Positions 10,164 to 19,948 of a DNA stretch of 64,000 nucleotides are shown piece after piece. The notes beneath the pieces are model-generated. The model did no database searches, was not told the DNA's origin, and worked only from the letters and a program-made list of their open reading frames with translations. Position 1 is the first letter of the stretch, and each line of letters starts with the position of its first letter. The position numbers and the translations under genes were made by a program. This DNA is from an uncultured Bacilli bacterium. GTDB taxonomy: Bacteria; Bacillota_I; Bacilli_A; RF39; UBA660. The stretch spans positions 1,876-65,875 of the forward strand of contig CALVSY010000006.1 in the NCBI GenBank assembly GCA_944359725.1, given 5' to 3'.

Positions 10164-10240
10164 CTTCTATCTCCTTTATGATTTGTACAGTTAATTAAAT
10201 TACAATCATCAAAGCAATAATAGTAATAATCACTATCCAT
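10136..10240 (-). CDS. Putative Tyr-rich leader peptide MDSDYYYYCFDDCNLINCTNHKGDRRWKKKNKLI overlapping the tyrS start
   Basis: AAGGAGGTG SD with 8 nt from GGAGG to ATG; four consecutive Tyr codons. Confidence 0.65.
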   Translation of the reverse strand: MDSDYYYYCFDDCNLINCTNHKGDRRWKKKNKLI

Positions 10241-10257
10241 ACAAACCACCTCCTTGA

Positions 10258-10465
10258 AATAAAAAACGAGCAAACATCCAAAAGGACGAATTGCTCGTGG
10301 TACCACCTTTATTTGTAATAATAGCTTATTACCTCTTACCTATAACGGGATTATCCGATTTAAAATCATCATTTGTAATTCATTATTTTAATTGTACTTG
10401 TTTTCACCAGCCACAAGTTCTCTTTAAAACATTATAAAATAATTACTTCGAGTGAATCGCTTTTT
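10258..10465 (-). promoter_or_regulatory. T-box riboswitch, Tyr (UAC specifier)
   Basis: GAAU-UAC specifier (10377-10375), T-box AAAGGTGGTACCACG, terminator ACGAGCAA..TTGCTCGT-TTTTT. Confidence 0.9.
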
Positions 10466-10510
10466 AATTAACTTATACAAAGTTTAACATTATTTATAAT
10501 AGTTGTCAAA

Positions 10511-12919
10511 TCAAATTTCTAATTCAATTTCTTTTATATTATAATCATCATTAATAATACTTAAATTAAGTTCATCAATAAATAACGTTGCTTTAAAATC
10601 TTTTATTGATTTATCAATTGCATTTTTCAAATTATTAGATACTTCAATATTCATTTTCTTAATTGGTGTTTTTAACGAAACGTTATTATTTGTTTTAATA
10701 CCTCTTGCATAACTAATTATTTGCATAATTTGATCACCAAATTTAATTTCATCTTTAAAATCAAATTTAAGCTCTTTTATATTTGTTAAATGAATAGATT
10801 TGTTATCATGATATAAATCTTGATATATTTCTTCTGTTATATATGGGAAGAATATACTAAAATCTTGCAATAACTTATATAGTAGTATATAAATTGTTTT
10901 TTGACCAGAATATCTTGCTTTTTCTCCAAATTCTTCTGGTCTATATAATCTGTGTTTTACGATTTCAATATAATTATCGCAAAAGTTCCAAAAAAATTTT
11001 TCTAATACATTTAACCCCAATCCAATTTCATAATTATCTAAATATTTAATATATTCCTTTTCCATATTAGTGAAATTTCCTATAATCCATTTATCAATGT
11101 ATTCATAATCGTCAAATGGTTTATCTTTATAATCGGAAAGATGCATTTGAATAAACTTAGATACATTCCATATTTTATTAACTAATTTACGTCCTCTTTG
11201 TAAAGTTTCTTCACTAAATGTTATATCAGTACCTAGCCTTCCAGAAGCAGCCCAATATCTTACTACATCAGCTGAATATTGTTTTATAAGATCTAATGGT
11301 TCTACTTTAGAATTACCTTTACTTTTACTTATTTTCTCACCTTTGTTTGCCATTACAAATCCAGAAATCATAACATTTTCCCAAGGTTTAATACCAAAGT
11401 GATAAAAACTTTTAACTATGGTATAAAAATCCCATGTTCTTATTATTTCGGATGCATTTGTTCTTAAGCTCATTGGTTTTAATATTTGCTCATAATTATC
11501 TTTTTCACCATACTTCATGTTTATTAATGGAGTTACTGATGATGTTGCCCACGTATCCATTACATCTTTCTCTGGTATAAATTTTTTACATCCGCATTTA
11601 GGACATTTTTCTGTTAAGGGACTATCGATAAGAGGATTTACTGGAAGTTGTTCTTTTGAAGCAAAAATCGGTTCACCACAATCTTTACAATACCATACTG
11701 GAAATGGTACTCCAAAATATCTTTGCCTTGATATACACCAGTCCCAGGCAATATTGTTTACCCATTCATCATATCTATTATGCATATGTGAAGGGTACCA
11801 ATTAATTTCTTTTCCTATTTTTAAGAAGTCTTCCTTATGGTTCATTATATCAATAAACCATTGTTTCATTACTGCATATTCAACTTCTTTTCCACATCTT
11901 TCATGTGTTTGTACCTCGTGTTCTAGATCTTCAATCTTAACAATAAATCCGGCATTTTGAAGGTCATCTATTATCTGTTTTCTTGCTTCCTTTATTTTTA
12001 GACCACCATAATTAGGAACAGTGTCAATAATTTTACCATCATCAGTAAAAATATATTTTAATGGCAAGTTATATTTTTTCCACCACTCAATATCAGTTTG
12101 ATCACCAAAAGTGCAACACATAACAATTCCCGTGCCTTTATCCATTGCAACTTTTTCATCAGCCATGATTGGAACTTCTACATCAATCACAGGTATATGA
12201 GCTGTTTTACCAATTAAATGCTTATGTTCCTCATCATTAGGATTTACAAAAACACTTACTATTGCAGGAAGAAGTTCAGGTCTTGTTGTAGCTATTGTAA
12301 ATTCTTCACCATCTTCTACAGTTTTAAAATTAATATAATTAAAAGTCGTTTTAATTGTTTTTGGTTCAAGTTCTGCTTGTGCTATAGAAGTTAAACATTC
12401 ATTGCACCATAAAGCTGGACTTTCTTTATGATAACAGTATTCCTTTTTAATCAAATCAAGAAATGACAATTGACTTATCTTAATTGTGGAAGGACTAACT
12501 GTTTTATAATGCATGCTCCAATCAGTGCTTACTCCAAGTCTAGAAAACAAATCTTGAAATTCAGTTTCATATTTATCGGTTGTTTTGTAGCATAAATCAG
12601 AGAACTTTTCCCTACCTATTTCATGAGCTTTTTTACCTTGTTCTTTTTCTACTAACCTTTCACTCGGAAGTCCATTATCATCAAATCCAAATGGATAAAA
12701 TACGTTGTATCCTCTTATTCTTTTATACCTTGCAATCATTTCTGCTTGCGAATAAGAAAAAATATGTCCAATATGTATTTTTCCATTAACGGTTGGTGGA
12801 GGTGTATCTATTGAATATACTTTTCTATGATCTGGCTTAAATTCGTATATTTTATTTTCTTTCCAATAATTTAACCATTTTTCTTCTTTTTCAAGTGAAT
12901 TATATTTTTTATCTAACAT
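10511..12919 (-). CDS. valS: Valyl-tRNA synthetase copy 1 (short, archaeal-like type 2)
   Basis: DTPPPTVNG.IHIGH, ATTRPE, DWCISRQRYFG, KISKS; Val T-box upstream. Confidence 0.93.
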   Translation of the reverse strand: MLDKKYNSLEKEEKWLNYWKENKIYEFKPDHRKVYSIDTPPPTVNGKIHIGHIFSYSQAEMIARYKRIRGYNVFYPFGFDDNGLPSERLVEKEQGKKAHEIGREKFSDLCYKTTDKYETEFQDLFSRLGVSTDWSMHYKTVSPSTIKISQLSFLDLIKKEYCYHKESPALWCNECLTSIAQAELEPKTIKTTFNYINFKTVEDGEEFTIATTRPELLPAIVSVFVNPNDEEHKHLIGKTAHIPVIDVEVPIMADEKVAMDKGTGIVMCCTFGDQTDIEWWKKYNLPLKYIFTDDGKIIDTVPNYGGLKIKEARKQIIDDLQNAGFIVKIEDLEHEVQTHERCGKEVEYAVMKQWFIDIMNHKEDFLKIGKEINWYPSHMHNRYDEWVNNIAWDWCISRQRYFGVPFPVWYCKDCGEPIFASKEQLPVNPLIDSPLTEKCPKCGCKKFIPEKDVMDTWATSSVTPLINMKYGEKDNYEQILKPMSLRTNASEIIRTWDFYTIVKSFYHFGIKPWENVMISGFVMANKGEKISKSKGNSKVEPLDLIKQYSADVVRYWAASGRLGTDITFSEETLQRGRKLVNKIWNVSKFIQMHLSDYKDKPFDDYEYIDKWIIGNFTNMEKEYIKYLDNYEIGLGLNVLEKFFWNFCDNYIEIVKHRLYRPEEFGEKARYSGQKTIYILLYKLLQDFSIFFPYITEEIYQDLYHDNKSIHLTNIKELKFDFKDEIKFGDQIMQIISYARGIKTNNNVSLKTPIKKMNIEVSNNLKNAIDKSIKDFKATLFIDELNLSIINDDYNIKEIELEI

Positions 12920-12937
12920 TTCAATTCCTTCCTTTCA

Positions 12938-13165
12938 TAAAAAAAGTTCATCCTAATCAAAGGATGAACTTAAAGTCCACGGTACCACCTTAATTCATAT
13001 TATTTTATAATATGCAACTTGATACTTTAACGCAGTAATACGTAATTTCCTACTAATAGTTCAGAAAAAAATGCTCCCAAGCTACCTTCAATTACCTTTT
13101 ATGCAAATTCACACCAACCACTTGCTCTCTTTAATAAATTAATAATTTACTCCTCTTGTTCCCAG
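12938..13165 (-). promoter_or_regulatory. T-box riboswitch, Val (GUA specifier)
   Basis: GAAG-GUA specifier (13085-13083), T-box AATTAAGGTGGTACCGTG, terminator AAGTTCATCCT..AGGATGAACTT-TTTTT. Confidence 0.9.
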
Positions 13166-13239
13166 CAGATGTAAATATTATACCAATTTCTATTCATTTA
13201 TTCAAGAAAATTAAGTTGAATTTCAAAAAAAGATAAGTT

Positions 13240-15732
13240 TTACTGGTTTTTCTTATCTTTTTTGGCAAGTTTCATAATTTTTTGTTCTTCTTTAACTAAA
13301 TTTTCTGTCGATTCCTCTTGAACATAATTAACATCAATTTTTCTTCCAGTAATTGATACCTCTGTTATATCGCTTTTTTCAACATCTATATGTTTAGCAC
13401 TAGTACAACTTTGAATATCTAAAATCGAATCTCTTAAACATCTAATATTATCTAAAGATGTTGATATTTTTAATTCATCAATTGGTTCTTTCATTGATAA
13501 ATTACGCTCAGTTTTATATTTACGAACATCTCCAACAACCTTTTTCATTGCAGCACCAAATTCCATATACTTTTTATCAAAAGGTAGCTCTGCAAATTTA
13601 CTTGTAGAAAGAAGTTCTTCTTTAAGTTTAAATTTATATAGTTCTTGATAAATATATTCTGTAATATGTGGAACAAAAGGTGAATACATTTTTAATACTT
13701 CAAGAAATACAGTTGCTAAAGTTTGTTGAGCAGCTTTTTGAGACTCTCCGTATTTATTATCAGAGTTATATAATCTTTCCTTAGCCATTTCTAAATAGTT
13801 ATCACATAAATCATTCCAGAAAAATTTATCAATTTCTTGTCTTGCTAATCCCATTTCATAATTTTCCATTTGTTGTTGATATTTTTCGAACGTTTCATGG
13901 CATCTAGAAATTAGCCATTTATCAATAGATTGTAATTCTACATTTTGACTTAAATCAGCATCTTTAATATGCATGTCTACGAATTTAGCCGAATTCCATA
14001 GTTTATTCATAAATCTCTTTGAATTTTCTATATCCTTTGTATCAAACCATGTATCTGTTCCTAATTTGTTTGATGCAGTCCAATATCTTATCATATCTGC
14101 ACCATAAGTATCTAATAAATCATTTGGAGACATTTTAGCGTTATTTTTAGATTTACTTATTTTTTCACCCTTTTTAGCAAGTACAAATCCTGAAATCATT
14201 AAATCTTTCCATGGTACTTGTCCAGTGTGATATAAGCTCTTTACAATTGAATAAAATGTCCATGTTCTTATTATTTCATGTGCATGGCTTCGCATACTCA
14301 TAGGAAATAAAAATTTTCTTTCATCCTTCTCACCGTATTTCATGTTAATAAATGGCGATACTGATGAAGTAGCCCATGTATCCATTACAGCTGTTTCAGG
14401 TATAAATTCCTTGCATCCACATTTACAAGCACCATGTGGGCTATGTTCTAATGGGTTTAATGGCAATTCTTTATCTTCAGGTATCATCACATCTCCGCAA
14501 TCTTTACAATACCATACTGGAAATGGTACTCCAAAATATCTTTGTCTTGAAATACACCAATCCCATTTCAAATTGTTAACCCAATCTAAATATCTAGATT
14601 TCATAGATTCTGGATGCCAATTAATTTCATCAGCAGCTTTAATCAATTCATCCTTTATACTTAAAATATCAATATACCATTGTGGAGAATTAATTATTTC
14701 TATTTCATTTCCGCATCTTTCATGTGTGCTTACAGAATGTGTGATTTTTTCACTTTTTACTAATAAACCTTGTTTTTGTAATTCGTCAATAATTTTCATT
14801 CTTGCATCAAGTGTTTTCATACCACCGATTATAGCAACTTCTGGATTAATTGTTCCATCTGCTTGTATTATTTTTTTAATTGGAAGCTTGTACTCTTTTT
14901 GCCATTCCATATCTGTTTGATCTCCAAATGTACAACACATAACAACTCCTGTACCTTTGTCTATTGCAACTTTTTCATCTGCCATAATTGGAATTTGATT
15001 ATTATATAATGGAACCGTAGCAGTTTTTCCAATTAAATCTTTATATCTTTCATCATTAGGATTTACAAATATTGCAACACAGCCACATAAAAATTCAGGC
15101 CTTGTTGTAGCTATTTCTAAATCTTTATTATCTACTGAAAAATTAATGTAATTAAAATAACTTTTTACATCTTTATTTTCAAGTTCTGCTTGTGCTATAG
15201 AAGTTTGACAGCAAGGACACCATAATACTGGCATCTCCTTTCTATAAGCTTTTCCTTTTTTTAATAAATCTATAAATGACCTTTGTGAAACTTTTCTCGA
15301 TAAGACATTTATAGTATCATAACCTAAATCCCAATCAGCACTAATTCCTAAGCGTTTAAATAAATCTTGAAATTCTTTAATATATTTATCTTTTGTTGTT
15401 GTACATTTTTCAATAAATTCACTTCTAGGTAAATCTTTTGCAAATATACCTTCTTCCTTTTCAACCAATCTTTCTGTTGGCAAACCATTATCATCAAAAC
15501 CAAATGGATAATATACATTTTCTCCTTTTAACCTATGATACCTAACAAGCATCTCTGATTGCGTAAATGAAAATATATGTCCAACATGTAATTTACCACT
15601 TACTGTTGGAGGAGGTGTATCAACTGAATAAATTGGCCGATTATCCACACCTTTAAATTTATAAGCTTCTTTTTCTTCCCATAATTTTTGCACTTCTTTT
15701 TCATTTTCAAGAGTAAATCTTTTATTTAACAT
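13240..15732 (-). CDS. valS: Valyl-tRNA synthetase copy 2 (type 2), no T-box
   Basis: DTPPPTVSG.LHVGH, ATTRPE, DWCISRQRYFG, KISKS; clearly diverged paralogue of copy 1. Confidence 0.92.
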   Translation of the reverse strand: MLNKRFTLENEKEVQKLWEEKEAYKFKGVDNRPIYSVDTPPPTVSGKLHVGHIFSFTQSEMLVRYHRLKGENVYYPFGFDDNGLPTERLVEKEEGIFAKDLPRSEFIEKCTTTKDKYIKEFQDLFKRLGISADWDLGYDTINVLSRKVSQRSFIDLLKKGKAYRKEMPVLWCPCCQTSIAQAELENKDVKSYFNYINFSVDNKDLEIATTRPEFLCGCVAIFVNPNDERYKDLIGKTATVPLYNNQIPIMADEKVAIDKGTGVVMCCTFGDQTDMEWQKEYKLPIKKIIQADGTINPEVAIIGGMKTLDARMKIIDELQKQGLLVKSEKITHSVSTHERCGNEIEIINSPQWYIDILSIKDELIKAADEINWHPESMKSRYLDWVNNLKWDWCISRQRYFGVPFPVWYCKDCGDVMIPEDKELPLNPLEHSPHGACKCGCKEFIPETAVMDTWATSSVSPFINMKYGEKDERKFLFPMSMRSHAHEIIRTWTFYSIVKSLYHTGQVPWKDLMISGFVLAKKGEKISKSKNNAKMSPNDLLDTYGADMIRYWTASNKLGTDTWFDTKDIENSKRFMNKLWNSAKFVDMHIKDADLSQNVELQSIDKWLISRCHETFEKYQQQMENYEMGLARQEIDKFFWNDLCDNYLEMAKERLYNSDNKYGESQKAAQQTLATVFLEVLKMYSPFVPHITEYIYQELYKFKLKEELLSTSKFAELPFDKKYMEFGAAMKKVVGDVRKYKTERNLSMKEPIDELKISTSLDNIRCLRDSILDIQSCTSAKHIDVEKSDITEVSITGRKIDVNYVQEESTENLVKEEQKIMKLAKKDKKNQ

Positions 15733-15767
15733 GACTATTTTCCCCCTTTAAAATAAGATTGTTTTAT

Positions 15768-15795
15768 ATTATAACATAAATTTAACTATAGTCAA
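15768..15795 (-). promoter_or_regulatory. sigmaA-type promoter of valS copy 2
   Basis: TTGACT-16 bp-TGnTATAAT, about 35 bp upstream of the ATG. Confidence 0.65.
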
Positions 15796-16009
15796 TTAAA
15801 CTTTATAAAACTTATTAAATAACTTGATTATTATATATTTTTTTTATAAAACTAATATTTTATGTTATTTATTTAATTTTTTATATTTTACTAACTATTA
15901 TTTTTTAAATACAATTTCACATGTTTTCTTGCAATCTTTTGTTATATCTAGTTTTTATTTTTTTTACTTTATTCAAAACATTAAAGTTATGAGCACACAA
16001 TTGCTTTTA

Positions 16010-16954
16010 TCATATTTTCTTAAAATAATTATCTATATAATTAACAATTTTATCTAATTTAATTTTATCAGTTTTAAATAATTCTGGAATGTTAGTTTTA
16101 ATTGGCATCTTTGTACCGGCTCTCATTCCTTCTTCTAAAAATATCCCCATTATAGGATTTACCTCGAGAACATATATTTTTTGATCTTCTTCTGATAAAA
16201 TCATATCAACAATAGTTGTTGTTACATTAAGTATTTTAGCAGCTTTTAATGCTATTTTTTTGAATTCATCTGGTACAATAATATCTTCCATTGAACCTCC
16301 AGAAGAAATATTTGTTTTATATGTTCCACATTTACTACGACAATACGTTCCAATAACCTCACCATTAAATACCTCCACCCTATAATCATGAGATTCAAAA
16401 GGAATATATTTTTCTAAATAATAATCCTGAATAAATAATTTTGTAGCTTCATAAAAATCACAAAACAACTCATAATTATCAATCTTAATTATCCCTTTGC
16501 CACCATGATTTGTCCTTGGCTTTATAATTACAGTTTTCCATTCATCTATTATTTTTTTTAATTCTTTTTTTGTAAGTTTATTATTAATCAACATAGAAGG
16601 AGGAACTAAAATACCGCTTTTTCGTAATAATAAATTGCTTATAACCTTATCTTTACAATATATAAATGATTGATAATCGTTAAATACATGGACACCCGAC
16701 AATTCTAATAATCTTAAAATATCATTTTGATATTGATTTTGTTCATCAGCATTCATGTGATAAAATATGTCAACATCAGATAAACAATATCCATCTTTTG
16801 TATACACTTTTCCGTTTTTCAAATAACACTCTCTCATATCAAAATTTGAGTAAACTTCATATCCTTTTCTCTCTAACGTCGAAACTAGCTTTTTCTTAAT
16901 ATTTATTCCATTGTCATTTTCATACATCCAAATACCGACTTTCTTTTTATCCAT
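16010..16954 (-). CDS. RimK/GshB-like ATP-grasp ligase
   Basis: CKDK, IIKPR..HGGKGI, DYRV, KTNISSGG, VLEVN; start at the ATG at 16954 after GGAGG. Confidence 0.85.
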   Translation of the reverse strand: MDKKKVGIWMYENDNGINIKKKLVSTLERKGYEVYSNFDMRECYLKNGKVYTKDGYCLSDVDIFYHMNADEQNQYQNDILRLLELSGVHVFNDYQSFIYCKDKVISNLLLRKSGILVPPSMLINNKLTKKELKKIIDEWKTVIIKPRTNHGGKGIIKIDNYELFCDFYEATKLFIQDYYLEKYIPFESHDYRVEVFNGEVIGTYCRSKCGTYKTNISSGGSMEDIIVPDEFKKIALKAAKILNVTTTIVDMILSEEDQKIYVLEVNPIMGIFLEEGMRAGTKMPIKTNIPELFKTDKIKLDKIVNYIDNYFKKI

Positions 16955-18089
16955 TGTTCGCCTCCATATATTTTTCTTCACCATATTTTCTCATTTTTAA
17001 TCCTCTAATGCTTAATTCTATTAATTTTTCATTTGTTATTTTTCCATTGTCATTTAAATATTCTAATATTTCTAGATGATTCTTACATATGCCAACATTA
17101 AAAGCAATTAATTTAAATATATTCTCTTTGGATTGTGTACAATCACTTCTAATTTCTAAAGTGCCATATTTTGTTAATTCAACACTTTTATATGAACGAA
17201 AATAATCAAAATCTGAATACACAGGTACTATATAATGAATTTGTCCATTTTCATCAGTAGTTTTAATTCTTTTCTTGAAAAGATATTCATTTACTGACTG
17301 TTTTTTATTAAATAATAAGTATTTTTTATTTCTTTTAACAAAAAATAAATTTCTTTTTAAATAATCATTAATTAATTCATCTAAATTTTTGTAGTTAGAA
17401 TTTATGCCTATATTTAAAGGGCCAAAATTACTATTTTCCCATAAATATTTTCTACTGTTTTTCAACTTTGTTTCTTCCATATATGAATTTGAGAACATCA
17501 TTATTTTGTTATTTTCCACCTTCGATAGCATATTTATTAAATTTACAATGTTATCTTTAGAAGTATTAATATGAGTCTGAATACTGCAACAATAAGAACA
17601 AAATTGATTATATAATTTATTATTATTATTGGATAATAGTCTTTCAATAACTTTATATCTATCTTGATTTAAACTACTTTTATCTATGCAATGATAATTA
17701 GGATTTATACCTCCGCAATAAATCTCATACTCATATTTTTTTAAGTGTTCTTTAATGAAACTGTAGTACATTTCAAATTTTTCTTGTAATTTATCAATTT
17801 TTAATTCCTTACCTAATGACAACTCTATTGTATTAAATGAATATTCTAGAGATATGGTATCGTTAGTTTTTATATTTTTTATTGAAATAATATTTTCTTC
17901 ATTATCATAGTTTTCAACTCTAAAATCATTATTATTAAGAAAATTTAAAAATAATTCTTCCACTACATAATTATCAACTATATAAGGAGTATTTAAATTG
18001 ATTATTGGCATTTCAATTTCAACGCCTACATAATCACTTTCCTTAAATTTATCAATATAATTTTCAATAAAATATTGCTTTGCTTCCAT
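16947..18089 (-). CDS. Glutamate-cysteine ligase (GCS2/GshA)-like carboxylate-amine ligase
   Basis: VGVEIEMP, SLEYSFNTIELS, SIQTHIN, GTLEIRSDC. Confidence 0.75.
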   Translation of the reverse strand: MEAKQYFIENYIDKFKESDYVGVEIEMPIINLNTPYIVDNYVVEELFLNFLNNNDFRVENYDNEENIISIKNIKTNDTISLEYSFNTIELSLGKELKIDKLQEKFEMYYSFIKEHLKKYEYEIYCGGINPNYHCIDKSSLNQDRYKVIERLLSNNNNKLYNQFCSYCCSIQTHINTSKDNIVNLINMLSKVENNKIMMFSNSYMEETKLKNSRKYLWENSNFGPLNIGINSNYKNLDELINDYLKRNLFFVKRNKKYLLFNKKQSVNEYLFKKRIKTTDENGQIHYIVPVYSDFDYFRSYKSVELTKYGTLEIRSDCTQSKENIFKLIAFNVGICKNHLEILEYLNDNGKITNEKLIELSIRGLKMRKYGEEKYMEANNG

Positions 18090-18108
18090 AAGAATACCTC
18101 ATTAAAAG

Positions 18109-18966
18109 CTACTTTCGTACCTGATTATAAGAATTGCATCCTTTACAAACCGGCATTTTTTTTAATACTTTTACTCTTTCTGCTACAAAATCTGTATTAT
18201 CATTTACATTACATATTTTAGTTAAATTTTCAAAATCTTGAAAACAGCCAATCATTTCTCCTTTATAATTTATAAAAATACTTGTATCTCCGATAGGACA
18301 GTAATTTGGATTTTTCAAATCTCTAACCTTTGTTTCATCTAAATATTCATCTTCTGAATAAAAAATATTATATTTTTCTATAAGTTTATTTCTTAAATCT
18401 AAAATCTCTTCTTCTTCAACATTACCACCTCTATTCCATAAAGGAAATAAAAAAATATTATTAACATCATTTGATTTGAAAAATGATATAGTTTTTTCTA
18501 ATGTAGGATATGTCTCCTGACCACCAACTAAATGAATATGTAACTTTTGAGGATTGTACTTTACCAATTTATTAATATTTGACCAAATTTTATCATAACT
18601 TAATCCTCTATGAATTTTTTTGAAAACTTGTTCATCTATTGAGCTAACTGATACTCTCATAATATCCAATTCATCAAGTAATTGTTTATATGTATTATCA
18701 TTAATTCCGTCAGTTGTTGTTACAACTGATATTGTTGTTTCTAATGCTTTTAATTTTCTTATAATATCTATTAATTGAGGATGAAAAGTAGGTTCTCCTC
18801 TTCCAGAAATTGAAATTTCAAATAATAAATAATCTTTTACTTTTTCCATTAATTTATCAACAGTTTGTAAAGAAATATACCCATAGTCGTTAACACAATC
18901 TCTAGGACACATACTGCAATTGGCATCACAATAAGAGGTTGCCTCTAAATTTAATAATCTCTCCAT
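18109..18966 (-). CDS. Radical SAM protein with SPASM/twitch-like C-terminal cysteines
   Basis: CDANCSMC (CxxxCxxC), GRGEP, C-terminal CP...GC...C...CKGC. Confidence 0.88.
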   Translation of the reverse strand: MERLLNLEATSYCDANCSMCPRDCVNDYGYISLQTVDKLMEKVKDYLLFEISISGRGEPTFHPQLIDIIRKLKALETTISVVTTTDGINDNTYKQLLDELDIMRVSVSSIDEQVFKKIHRGLSYDKIWSNINKLVKYNPQKLHIHLVGGQETYPTLEKTISFFKSNDVNNIFLFPLWNRGGNVEEEEILDLRNKLIEKYNIFYSEDEYLDETKVRDLKNPNYCPIGDTSIFINYKGEMIGCFQDFENLTKICNVNDNTDFVAERVKVLKKMPVCKGCNSYNQVRK

Positions 18967-18976
18967 AAAATCCCTC

Positions 18977-19942
18977 CTATTTTGTTAATTTTCTATATAA
19001 AGTTTTGCACTTTGAACAATTTTGACAATTTTTAATACAATTCGCTTTTTGTTCAAACAATGAATTCAATTGGTCATTTGGTAAATTTATAAATTCACTA
19101 AATTCTTTATCAACAATTTCTACTAAATTTCCATGATATGATTCAGTTGAGTATGCATGTATCATCTTTAACAAAGTTTCTTCATTAGTCGTTCTTCCAA
19201 CTAATTTGAACATATCACTAATCCCTTCATATTCTTTTAGATCTTCTGGTCGTACAACATTATTTGTTAACATCATATAAGGTTTTTTCTCATATAAGTT
19301 CGTACAACTCATTGCATAGTCTAAATCATATCCCCTTCTATCTGCGTGTGATAAAGAGTTTTGATGAAATCTTCTCCAAGGACAGTCTCCTAAACAAGCT
19401 TCATTAACTAATAATGACAATTTAGCTCTTTTTAAATTTGATTTTATTTTTTTCAGTTGATCTAAATCATAATTAATAGATGATGATGGAACTATTACAT
19501 CAGCTCCCATATCTTCATAATATAATGCACCACGTGGAGTATTAATGTCACAAATTATTGATGCAGCTATACTCAAGTTTGTATTTTCTTTTGCAAGAGA
19601 CATTATAAATGGATGAGCAATAATAACAGTATCAACTCCAATTGACTCTAAATGTTTCAAATATTTTTTTACATTTTCCCACCATTGTTTTTCCGAAAGA
19701 GGAGGAACATTACATGGTGAATTTAAAGTTACAGCTAGTCTTGAATTTTTATCATGAACAGCTTTAACTATTTTTTCCAGTTCTTGTTCACTCTCACTAT
19801 GCTGATACCTTCCACTAGTTACTTCTTTAAGATAACCTCCTGTATAAAGCGTCCCTATTTTATTCTCTTTATCTTCATACATCTTTTCTAATAGGTCAAG
19901 ATTCCCATTAAATCCTACTGATAATTTATATTCCATATTCAA
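18977..19942 (-). CDS. U32 peptidase-family (Fe-S hydroxylase-like) protein
   Basis: LLVNEACLGDCP, VRPEDL..Y, FKLVGR, C-terminal CxxxCxxCxxC. Confidence 0.8.
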   Translation of the reverse strand: MNMEYKLSVGFNGNLDLLEKMYEDKENKIGTLYTGGYLKEVTSGRYQHSESEQELEKIVKAVHDKNSRLAVTLNSPCNVPPLSEKQWWENVKKYLKHLESIGVDTVIIAHPFIMSLAKENTNLSIAASIICDINTPRGALYYEDMGADVIVPSSSINYDLDQLKKIKSNLKRAKLSLLVNEACLGDCPWRRFHQNSLSHADRRGYDLDYAMSCTNLYEKKPYMMLTNNVVRPEDLKEYEGISDMFKLVGRTTNEETLLKMIHAYSTESYHGNLVEIVDKEFSEFINLPNDQLNSLFEQKANCIKNCQNCSKCKTLYRKLTK

Positions 19943-19948
19943 ACCTCC

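Noticed and set aside
11517-14920. Two similar plus-strand ORFs (11517-11960 and 14342-14920)
   Set aside because: They are antisense shadows of the same conserved region in the two valS paralogues.
10511-15732. valS duplication as an assembly artefact
   Set aside because: The copies differ throughout at DNA and protein level and have different upstream regions.
15824-16057. 77-aa plus-strand ORF as a precursor peptide for the biosynthetic operon
   Set aside because: Opposite strand, low-complexity AT-rich F/Y/I composition, TTG start without an SD.
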